Shown here: piece after piece, positions 50,653 to 61,433 of the stretch
Numbering within the stretch: the first letter of the stretch is position 1
How the letters are laid out: every line of letters starts with the position of its first letter
DNA from: Polyangiales bacterium
GTDB taxonomy: Bacteria > Myxococcota_A > Polyangia > Polyangiales > JADJQN01
Reading direction: 5' to 3'
DNA: 64,000 bases
Assembly: GCA_964202905.1 (NCBI GenBank)
Contig: CAXNJO010000004.1
Span: 352,001 to 416,000, forward strand
Program-made: the position numbers and the translations under genes
The notes under the pieces: model-generated
Told to the model about the DNA's origin: nothing
Seen by the model: only the letters and a program-made list of their open reading frames with translations
Databases searched by the model: none

Positions 50653-51645
50653 ATGTGCGAGCTGCTCGGAATGGACTGCAACGTCGCGACCGACATCGTC
50701 TTTTCGTTTCGCGGGTTCGCGCGGCGCGGCGGTGGCACCGGCCCCCACACTCACGGCTGGGGCCTCTGCCTCTACGAGGGCAGCGCGGTGCGCAGCTTCC
50801 GGGAGGCCGACCCCGCGGCGGACAGCAAGCTCGTCGCTTTCCTCCACGCGAACGCGATCCCCACGAAGATCGCCGTCGCGCACATCCGGCAGAAGACGCA
50901 CGGCGCCGTCTCGCTCGCCAACGTCCACCCCTTCACGCGCGAGCTCTGGGGGCGCACGTTCGCGTTCGCCCACAACGGCAAGGTCCCCGGCGTGCGTGCG
51001 CTTCCACTCAGCGGGCGCTTCACGCCGCTCGGCACGACCGACAGCGAGCACGCGTTCTGCTGGCTCCTCGAGCAGGTCGCCGCGCGCTTCGACCGTTATC
51101 CGACCGAGCCGCGCGCGCTCTGGCAGCTCGTCGCCGACCTCGGCAGCACGCTCGCGACGCACGGCACGTTCAACTTCCTGCTGAGCGACGCGACCTATCT
51201 CTACGCGCGCTGCGACACCTCGCTCTGCCACATCGTCCGCCAACACCCCTTCTCGCGCGCCACGCTCGCGGACGACGACGTGTGCGTCGATTTCGCGGCC
51301 GTCACCTCGCCGCGCGATCGGGTCGCGGTCATCGCGACGCGTCCGCTGACGCGCGACGAGACCTGGACGATCGGGACGCCCGGGACCCTCTGGGTCTTCT
51401 CCGCCGGACGTCGGCGTGCCACGTTGCGCAGCCCGCAGCCGGCCCGCGCCGGCGCGCAGCCCACGGGAGTCTCGCCATGGCCACCATCGACATCCAACGG
51501 ACCCACAGCCTCGGCAAGGACAAGGCGCGCGCAGCCGCCGAGCTCGTCGCCGAACGGCTCAAGGAAAAGATCGACGCGACCTACCGCTGGGACGGCGACG
51601 ACCTCCGCTTCGAGCGCTCGGGCGCGAAGGGGCGGATCCACGTGA
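50653..51645 (+). CDS. Class II glutamine amidotransferase (YafJ-like); reading frame runs on into the next gene
   Basis: MCELLGM N-terminal nucleophile, HGWG, AHIR, NVHPF, AHNG, GTTDSE. Confidence 0.88.
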   Translation: MCELLGMDCNVATDIVFSFRGFARRGGGTGPHTHGWGLCLYEGSAVRSFREADPAADSKLVAFLHANAIPTKIAVAHIRQKTHGAVSLANVHPFTRELWGRTFAFAHNGKVPGVRALPLSGRFTPLGTTDSEHAFCWLLEQVAARFDRYPTEPRALWQLVADLGSTLATHGTFNFLLSDATYLYARCDTSLCHIVRQHPFSRATLADDDVCVDFAAVTSPRDRVAVIATRPLTRDETWTIGTPGTLWVFSAGRRRATLRSPQPARAGAQPTGVSPWPPSTSNGPTASARTRRAQPPSSSPNGSRKRSTRPTAGTATTSASSARARRGGST

Positions 51646-51755
51646 CCGACTCGACGGTCCGCCTCGAGATCGACCTCAGCCTCGTGCTCCGCCCCCTCAA
51701 GGGGAAGATCGAGGAGAAAGCGCACAAGTACCTCGACGAGTACCTCCGGGCGTGA
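51477..51755 (+). CDS. Polyhydroxyalkanoic acid system family protein
   Basis: MATIDIQRTHSLG...WDGDDLRFERSGAKG...KIEEK. Confidence 0.85.
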   Translation: MATIDIQRTHSLGKDKARAAAELVAERLKEKIDATYRWDGDDLRFERSGAKGRIHVTDSTVRLEIDLSLVLRPLKGKIEEKAHKYLDEYLRA

Positions 51756-51969
51756 GGCCCCGCGTCGGCCCGCGGAGCGCCGGCGCATTTCTTGACCCGC
51801 CCGGGAGCGGCTGATATCCGGGGTGTCACTCGGGCATCGGCCGCGCGTCTGCGGTGACACGAGCCGCAGCGCGGATCCCCCTCGATCCCCTGCCAACATG
51901 GGCTGGCGCGGTTAACGCACACGCCCCCTCCACCGGCAGACGCCTCACCTGTACACGAAGGAGTCGACG

Positions 51970-52956
51970 ATGAAGAGCAAGCGCATCGGGGTGCTCATGG
52001 GCGGCCTCAGCTCGGAGCGCGAGGTCTCGATCAAGACCGGCGACGCCGTGCACGAGGCGCTCGTCGCGCGCGGCTACGACGCGGTGAAGATCTACGTCGA
52101 CCGCGACATCGATCGCGTCCTGAGGCAGACCCCGATCGACGTGGCGTTTCTCGCGCTGCACGGGACGTACGGCGAGGACGGCTGCATCCAGGGCCTGCTC
52201 GAGTTGCTCGGCATCCCGTACACCGGCTCCGACGTCCTCGCGAGCGCGCTCGCGATGGACAAGCTGAAGGCGAAGGAGCTCTTCCGCCTGCACAACGTGC
52301 CCACGCCGCCGTACTACGACGTGCACGCATCGCAGCTCGACGATCTCGAGGAGATCCACGGTTCGTTCGGCTTTCCCGCGTTCGTGAAGCCGCGTCGGCA
52401 GGGCTCGAGCGTCGGCGCCGGCAAGGCCGGCAACTTCGCCGAGCTGGCCGCGCTCGCGGAGCAAGCCGCGCGCTTCGACAAGAACGTGCTCGTCGAGCGC
52501 TTCGTCGCGGGACGCGAGATCACCGTGGCGGTGCTCGACGGCCGTGCGCTCGGCGCACTCGAGATCGTGCCGAAGTCCGGCGTCTACGACTACAAGTCGA
52601 AGTACACGAAGGGCGCGAGCGACTACCTCTTCCCCGCGCGCCTCTCGCCCACCCGCTGCAAGGGCGTGATGAACCTCGCCGAGCGCGCGAGCCGCTGCCT
52701 CGGCTGCTCGGGCGCGACGCGCGTCGACATGCTCGTGACCGAGGGCGAGAACGAGTACGTGCTCGAGGTGAACACGCTCCCCGGCATGACGCCGACCTCG
52801 CTGCTCCCGAAGATCGCCGCCGGCGCGGGCTACGACTTCGGCGCGCTCTGCGAAGCGATCCTGCGCTCGGCGGACACGGCTTCGACGCTCCCTGCGCGCT
52901 CGTTCGGCGCAACTGCCCAGCGCGCCGCGCAGGACGTGGGCCTCAGCGCCGAGTAG
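51970..52956 (+). CDS. ddl: D-alanine--D-alanine ligase
   Basis: MGGLSSEREVS, LHGTYGEDG, MDK, GSSVG, YDYKSKY, EVNTLPGMT. Confidence 0.96.
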   Translation: MKSKRIGVLMGGLSSEREVSIKTGDAVHEALVARGYDAVKIYVDRDIDRVLRQTPIDVAFLALHGTYGEDGCIQGLLELLGIPYTGSDVLASALAMDKLKAKELFRLHNVPTPPYYDVHASQLDDLEEIHGSFGFPAFVKPRRQGSSVGAGKAGNFAELAALAEQAARFDKNVLVERFVAGREITVAVLDGRALGALEIVPKSGVYDYKSKYTKGASDYLFPARLSPTRCKGVMNLAERASRCLGCSGATRVDMLVTEGENEYVLEVNTLPGMTPTSLLPKIAAGAGYDFGALCEAILRSADTASTLPARSFGATAQRAAQDVGLSAE

Positions 52957-52998
52957 CCGCGCTCGCCGAAGCGACGACTGCGTCGCTCCTTCGGCCCG

Positions 52999-53808
52999 TC
53001 ACCGCCCGCGGTAGACGGGCCGACGCTTCTCGGCGAAGGCCGCGAGCGCCTCCAGGCGGTCCTCGGACTCGAGCGTCCGCTCGTAGCAGAGACGCTCACG
53101 CGAGAGGCCCTGCTCGAGCGGGACATCCGCGGCCGCGTCGATCGCCTCGAGGGCCGCGGCGATCGCGATCGGCGCCGCCGCCGTGAGTGGCGCGAGGAGG
53201 GCGCGCGCGCAGTCGACCGCGGACTCGCCCGCCGCGGCGACCCGCGTGGCGAGGCCATAGGCGAGCGCGGTGGGCGCGTCGAGGCGCTGCGCGAGGAGGA
53301 TCATCTCCTTGGCGCGCGCCTCGCCGACGATGCGGGGCAGCCGCTGCGTGCCACCCGCGCCCGGGATGATGGCGAGCGAGGTCTCGGTAAGCCCCACCTG
53401 CGAGCCCGCCGTCATCACGCGGAAGTCGCACGCGAGCGCGAGCTCGAGCCCGCCCCCGAACGCGACGCCGTCGATGGCCGCGACCACGGGCACCGGCAGC
53501 GCGTCGATCGCCCCGAAAGATGCGCGGTAGAGCCCGAGGAAATCGCGCACGTCCTCGAGGCTCATCGACTGGCGCTCCTTGAGGTCCGCGCCCGCGCAGA
53601 ACGCCTTCCCGCCGGCGCCCGTGAGGATCACGCCGCGGAGCGAGCGGTCCTGCGCCGCCTCCCGCGCGAGTCGTCCGAGTTCGCGCACGACGGCGCGCGA
53701 CAGCGCATTCATCCGCTCCGGGCGATCGAGGGTCCAGACGGCGATCGCGTCGTCCCGGGTGACGCGCACGCCCGCGGCCACGGCCGCCGGAGATTCCTGG
53801 GTGCTCAT
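52999..53808 (-). CDS. Enoyl-CoA hydratase family (methylglutaconyl-CoA hydratase-like)
   Basis: AFCAGADLKE, GGGLELALACD, LTETSLAIIPGAGGTQRLPR. Confidence 0.92.
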   Translation of the reverse strand: MSTQESPAAVAAGVRVTRDDAIAVWTLDRPERMNALSRAVVRELGRLAREAAQDRSLRGVILTGAGGKAFCAGADLKERQSMSLEDVRDFLGLYRASFGAIDALPVPVVAAIDGVAFGGGLELALACDFRVMTAGSQVGLTETSLAIIPGAGGTQRLPRIVGEARAKEMILLAQRLDAPTALAYGLATRVAAAGESAVDCARALLAPLTAAAPIAIAAALEAIDAAADVPLEQGLSRERLCYERTLESEDRLEALAAFAEKRRPVYRGR

Positions 53809-53866
53809 GGCGCGCGACTCTACCAGCGCTGCGCGCCGCAGCGCCGCCGAAGTCGCGGACCGCGCC

Positions 53867-54604
53867 TCAGAAGGAGGTCGGGAGCCGCACGCAGCCCCCC
53901 GCCTGACCGCAGTACTCGGCGAGCTGCGAGGGCTGCTCGGAGGTGAACACGATCACCAGCGCGATGCCTACGGCGACCGCGATCGCGCCGCCCCCGATCC
54001 CGACCCAGGTCCAGGGCTTCTCGTACCAATCGTCGGGCTCGGCGCGTACGCGCGTGGGGTCCTCGTCGGGCGGGAGAGGCTCGAGCGTGAGCGCGAGTTC
54101 CGCGCGCTCGCCGGGTGCCCCCGTTATCTGCCGGATGACCTCGTGGTAGCCCGCGAGCCGCGTGCGGATCGAGCGCGGGCCGTCCGCGAGGTCGAAGTCG
54201 CCGGGGGTCGTCCCCACGAAGCGGCCATCGACGAAGACCTGCGCCCCCGGCGGCGTGCTCTCGACGTGCAGGACGGCGGAGATCGCGATGAGCTCGGCCT
54301 CGACCGTCGCCTCGGCGCCCGCCGTGATGCGCACGACATCGTTGAAGTCCGTGTAGCCAGGCCGCGTCACGCGGAGCGTGTGATCGCCCGGCGTGAGCGC
54401 CTGCGGCTCGATCGGCAGCGTCCCGACGCTCTGCTCGTCGATGAAGACCTCGGCCCCCTGCTGCTGCGAGAGCACGACGAGGCGCCCACGGCGCGCGCCG
54501 CGTCCGCGTTGGGCGGACGCCTCCGCGGGGACCGTCGCCGCGGCGAGCGCAGTGACCATGACGACGAGCGTGACGACGAGCCAGCGAAGATCGCTCACGG
54601 GCAA
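53867..54604 (-). CDS. PEGA domain membrane protein
   Basis: Signal peptide, two PEGA repeats (GAEVFID, STPPGAQVFVDG), WYEKPWTW plus a TM helix. Confidence 0.85.
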   Translation of the reverse strand: MPVSDLRWLVVTLVVMVTALAAATVPAEASAQRGRGARRGRLVVLSQQQGAEVFIDEQSVGTLPIEPQALTPGDHTLRVTRPGYTDFNDVVRITAGAEATVEAELIAISAVLHVESTPPGAQVFVDGRFVGTTPGDFDLADGPRSIRTRLAGYHEVIRQITGAPGERAELALTLEPLPPDEDPTRVRAEPDDWYEKPWTWVGIGGGAIAVAVGIALVIVFTSEQPSQLAEYCGQAGGCVRLPTSF

Positions 54605-54699
54605 GAGACTACGGACGGACGCGCCGTGCCGTCAACGACCGCGGCGTGTCCGCGTCGGTTGGTCTACCCGCGCTGCGGACGGCGTGCGAGGCTCGCGCG

Positions 54700-56106
54700 A
54701 TGGCACGCATCCTCGTCGTTGACGACGAGCCGGGGCTCCGCGAGATGCTCGGCGTCCTTCTGCGGCGCGCGCGACACGAGCCCGTCTGCGTCCCCGGCGT
54801 CGTGACGGCGCTCGCGCGGATCGCGGACGACGACCCGTACGACCTCGTGATCACCGATCTCTCGATGCTCGACGGCACCGGGATGACCGTCCTCGAGGCC
54901 GCCCGCACGCGCGACGCGACGACCGAGGTCGTGATGATCACGGCCTTCGCGACCACCGAGGCCGCCGTCGAGGCGATGCGCCGCGGGGCCTACGACTACG
55001 TCCAGAAGCCCTTCAAGAACCCCGAGTTGCTCGCGACGATCGACAAGGCGCTCGAGAAGCGCGCGATTCACCGCGAGAACGAGTCGCTCCGCGCGAGCGC
55101 GCTCGGCACCTTCCGCCTCGGCAACCTCATCGGCAAGAGCGAGCCGATGAAGCGCGTGATGGCGCTCATCGAGCGCATCGCGAGCGCACGCACGAGCGTG
55201 CTCGTCACCGGCGAGAGCGGCACCGGCAAGGAGGTGGTCGCGCGGGCGCTCCACGACCGCGGCGATCGCCGCGAGGCGCCATTCGTCGTGGTGAACTGCG
55301 GCGCGCTCCCGGAGACGCTGATGGAGAGCGAGCTCTTCGGCCACGAGCGGGGCGCGTTCACCGGCGCGGCCACGCGCAAGGACGGCATCTTCCGCGCGGC
55401 CGACAAGGGCACGCTGTTCCTCGACGAGGTGGGCGAGTTGACGCCTGCCTTGCAGGTGAAACTCCTCCGTGTGCTGCAAGAGCGCAAAGTGCGGCCGATC
55501 GGCGGCGAGAAGGAGTTCGAGGTCGATGTTCGCCTCGTCGCCGCGACGAACCGCGACGTGGAGCTCGAGGTTCGAGAGGGACGTTTCCGTCAGGATCTCT
55601 TCTATCGGCTCAACGTGATCCGGCTCGTGATGCCGCCGCTGCGGGACCGCCCCGAGGACATCCCGCTCCTCGCGGAGCACTTCCTCGTCAAGCACGGAGC
55701 GCTGGCGGGGCGCCGGCTGCTCTTCTCGCCCGAGGTGCTGCGCTGGATCGCGCAGCAGCGCTATCCAGGGAACGTGCGGGAGCTCGAAAACGTGGTCGAG
55801 CGGGCCGTCACGCTCGCGGCGGGCCCACGCATCACGCTCGCGGACCTGCCGGACACCCTCGCGACGAATGGGGCCGCGACCCCGCGCCCAATCGGGCTGC
55901 CGCCCGAGGGCATGGATCTCGACGCCTTCCTCGCGGACACCGAGCAGCGGCTGCTCCTCGAGGCCCTCGAGCGCACGGGCGGCGTGCGCAAGCGCGCGGC
56001 GAAGCTCGTCGGGATGTCCTTCCGCTCGTTCCGGTATCGCCTGGCGAAATACGGACTGGGCGACGGCGACGACGAGCCCGAGAGCGGCGCGGACGGGGAC
56101 GAGTGA
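54700..56106 (+). CDS. pilR: Sigma54-dependent response regulator, PilR-like
   Basis: REC (VVDDE, ITD, KP), GESGTGKE, GAFTGA, HTH MSFRSFRYRL; directly upstream of a pilin. Confidence 0.85.
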   Translation: MARILVVDDEPGLREMLGVLLRRARHEPVCVPGVVTALARIADDDPYDLVITDLSMLDGTGMTVLEAARTRDATTEVVMITAFATTEAAVEAMRRGAYDYVQKPFKNPELLATIDKALEKRAIHRENESLRASALGTFRLGNLIGKSEPMKRVMALIERIASARTSVLVTGESGTGKEVVARALHDRGDRREAPFVVVNCGALPETLMESELFGHERGAFTGAATRKDGIFRAADKGTLFLDEVGELTPALQVKLLRVLQERKVRPIGGEKEFEVDVRLVAATNRDVELEVREGRFRQDLFYRLNVIRLVMPPLRDRPEDIPLLAEHFLVKHGALAGRRLLFSPEVLRWIAQQRYPGNVRELENVVERAVTLAAGPRITLADLPDTLATNGAATPRPIGLPPEGMDLDAFLADTEQRLLLEALERTGGVRKRAAKLVGMSFRSFRYRLAKYGLGDGDDEPESGADGDE

Positions 56107-56219
56107 GCGCCGCGGTCGCAGCGCGCAGGACGCGTGGCTGTCGTCTGGCGGTCGCCCCCCGCTTCGGTGTACGCTCCGGCTTCGTTCGCCGCCGCGCCGA
56201 AAGCGCGAGGAGGTCCGTG

Positions 56220-56780
56220 ATGAAGCAGACGCCGACCGCACGGCTTCGCGCCCCGAGGAGCCCCGCGGCGCGCAGCGCAAAGGGCTTCTCTCTGATCGAG
56301 CTGATGATCGTCGTCGCGATCGTGGGCATCCTCGCCGCCATCGCGATCCCGTCGTTCCGCACGTACATCCAAAAATCGAAGACGACCGAAGCGACGACCT
56401 TCCTCGGCGAAATTCGCCAACGCGAAGAAGCTTACCGTGCCGAGTTCGGGACTTACTGCGCCGCGCCCGTGGCGCCCCGCGCGACCCCGACGAGCGCGTC
56501 CGTCGCGTGGAGCGTCGCCGCCGGCTCCCCCTGGAACCAGCTCGGCGCGACCCCGGACTCGGCCGTGCGCTTCACGTACCTCGCCCTCGCGGGTACCCCG
56601 GGGACGGCCGGTCCCGCCGGATCCGCCCTCACGGGCAACGACTTCTGGTACGTGGCCCGCGCGACGGGTGACCTCGACGGCGACGGTACCTTCGTCCTCT
56701 TCGAGACGTACTCGGCGAGCTCAGGGGTGTGGGTCGGCAACCCCACGACGGGCCTCACGAACCCCGCCGGCTGGGAATGA
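56220..56780 (+). CDS. Type IV pilin (PilA-like)
   Basis: KG|FSLIELMIVVAIVGILAAIAIP prepilin motif; DLDGDG near the C-terminus. Confidence 0.92.
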   Translation: MKQTPTARLRAPRSPAARSAKGFSLIELMIVVAIVGILAAIAIPSFRTYIQKSKTTEATTFLGEIRQREEAYRAEFGTYCAAPVAPRATPTSASVAWSVAAGSPWNQLGATPDSAVRFTYLALAGTPGTAGPAGSALTGNDFWYVARATGDLDGDGTFVLFETYSASSGVWVGNPTTGLTNPAGWE

Positions 56781-56861
56781 CACCCCACCCCGGGTGCGGC
56801 GAATGCGGCGAGCACGACGTCGCGCGTCGACCACCACGCATCCCGCGCCCCCGATGAGGCC

Positions 56862-57779
56862 ATGACGCGCGAGCGCCGCAGCGTCCTCACCCTGCTGCTC
56901 ATGCTCCTGTCGGCGACGGCCGGCGCGCTGCTCGTGCGCCCGAGCGCGATGCGCGCGTGCCTCGCCGGGGAGACGTACGAGGACGTCTACTACCTGCCCC
57001 CCTCGCGCTGGCTGCGGATCTTCTCCCTCGGCCACGAGGAGGCGCTCGCGGATCTCGTGTGGATGCGCGCGCTCGTCTATTACGGCGACGAGCTCGCGCA
57101 CCGCGGCGACGTCTCGCACGTGTTCGACTACGGGGACGCGGTCGTGACGCTGGACCCTTACTTCCCGGCGGCCTACCGCTGGGCTGGAGCGAGCGCGCTC
57201 TACCGGACGGGCGCGATCACCTGGCGTGACGCCGAGCGGGCGGCGGCCTTCCTCGCCCGCGGCGTGAGGCGCTACCCGGACGACCCCGAGCTGCTCTGGC
57301 AACTCGGCGCGACGCTCTCCTACGAGCTCCCCCCGCTCCTCCCCGACCGCGCCGCGAAGGACGACGCCCGCCGACGCGGCTTGCCCTACCTGCAAGCGGC
57401 AGCGCGGCGCGGCGGCGGTCCAAAGTGGCTCGCCCTGACCAACGTGTCCCAGCTTCAGCGTCTCGGCCGCACCGAGCAGGCCATCCGGCATCTCGAGGAG
57501 ATGTACGCGACGGTGCGCGACGAAGACTTGCGGGCACACCTCGCCGAGACGCTCGGCCGCCTCCGCTCGGCCGCGTACGCCGAGGCGTTTGCCGCCGCGC
57601 AGCGCGACCTCGAGGAGCGACGACGCCACGACGCTCCCTATCTTTCCCCGACCCTCTACCTGCTCGTCGAACCCTGGCCCCGGTCCGACGCGCGCGCGCG
57701 CGCCCTGCGCGACTGGTTCCTCGAAGCGCCGCTCGACCCTGAGTCGGACGAGCCTGACGCCCCGGAGAACGCCCCGTGA
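56862..57779 (+). CDS. Pilin-associated TPR-like membrane-anchored protein
   Basis: N-terminal TM, ADLVWMRALVYYG, VTLDPYF..AYR helical repeats; lies between two pilins. Confidence 0.65.
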   Translation: MTRERRSVLTLLLMLLSATAGALLVRPSAMRACLAGETYEDVYYLPPSRWLRIFSLGHEEALADLVWMRALVYYGDELAHRGDVSHVFDYGDAVVTLDPYFPAAYRWAGASALYRTGAITWRDAERAAAFLARGVRRYPDDPELLWQLGATLSYELPPLLPDRAAKDDARRRGLPYLQAAARRGGGPKWLALTNVSQLQRLGRTEQAIRHLEEMYATVRDEDLRAHLAETLGRLRSAAYAEAFAAAQRDLEERRRHDAPYLSPTLYLLVEPWPRSDARARALRDWFLEAPLDPESDEPDAPENAP

Positions 57780-57816
57780 TGCGCCGCCGGGTTTGACCCT
57801 CGACGCCCCTCGGCGC

Positions 57817-58371
57817 ATGGTCGCTCCCGTGCGTCGGAGCGTCGGCATGAGCCTCATCGAGGCCTGCGCGGTGACCTGTGTGGGTGGCGTGCTCCTCGCC
57901 GTGGCCGTGCCGACCTTCATGCGGCACGTGCGGACCAGCAAAACGTCGGAGGCCTCCGAGCAGCTCGCCACGCTGCACCGCCTGAGCGCCGCGTACTATG
58001 CGCGGCGCCACACGGGTCCGGACGGTCGTCGCCGGCAGCACTGCCTCCCGGACGCTGCGGGCCCGGCTCCGGCCGCGCCCACGATCAGCCCGCAGACGGT
58101 GGACTTCACAGCCGCCGCGACCCCGGGCGCATCGACGTGGCGCGCGCTCGGCTTCGCGCCGCAGGACCCAACGCGCTACCGCTACGCGCTCGAGCCTGTC
58201 GAAGCGGGGTGCGACCTCGCGCTCGCCGAACGCCCGTATCTGCTGTCAATTCGCGCCGAAGGCGACCTCGACGGCGACGGCGTGCTCTCTCGTTTCGAGC
58301 GCCGCGCCACGGTGCGCGAGGGCGAACTCGTCCCCTTCGGCGTGCTCGTCATCGACCAGCATGTGGAGTGA
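57817..58371 (+). CDS. Minor type IV pilin-like protein
   Basis: VG|MSLIEACAVTCVGGVLLAVAVPTF, SKTSEA, DLDGDG. Confidence 0.8.
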   Translation: MVAPVRRSVGMSLIEACAVTCVGGVLLAVAVPTFMRHVRTSKTSEASEQLATLHRLSAAYYARRHTGPDGRRRQHCLPDAAGPAPAAPTISPQTVDFTAAATPGASTWRALGFAPQDPTRYRYALEPVEAGCDLALAERPYLLSIRAEGDLDGDGVLSRFERRATVREGELVPFGVLVIDQHVE

Positions 58372-58453
58372 GCGGCCCCGGCGCGGACCGCCCCCCTCCG
58401 ACGGACGCCCCCGACGCCGGGCGTCGTGGGAGCGCCCCCCGCTGCGGCAGCGC

Positions 58454-61174
<2,721 letters not shown>

Positions 61175-61269
61175 CGGGTTCCTCTCGACGTCGTGCCAGA
61201 GCGCACGGGGATCTTCGCCCGGACACGTCGCCCGCGCGCAGGGGCGGTGAGCGTGTGATCGGACGGGGT

Positions 61270-61299
61270 TAAATACGCGAAATCTTCAAGGGCGGTCAA
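61270..61299 (-). promoter_or_regulatory. Putative sigma70 promoter of the kinase
   Basis: TTGACC-N18-TATTTA on the minus strand within an AT-rich patch. Confidence 0.45.
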
Positions 61300-61433
61300 C
61301 ACCGATGGCGAGGCGTCGCAGACGGGCGCGCGCGGCCCGGCGGCGTAGCACGGTGCGGACATGGCCAACCGACCCGTGACCCCGGACCATTCTTGGGTAG
61401 GGGCCGAGGCTGCAGCGCGACGCACTCCGCACG

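Noticed and set aside
56135..56150. Sigma54 promoter for the pilin (TGGCTGTCGTCTGGC)
   Set aside because: GG-N10-GC spacing is present but flanking consensus is poor; likely chance at this GC content.
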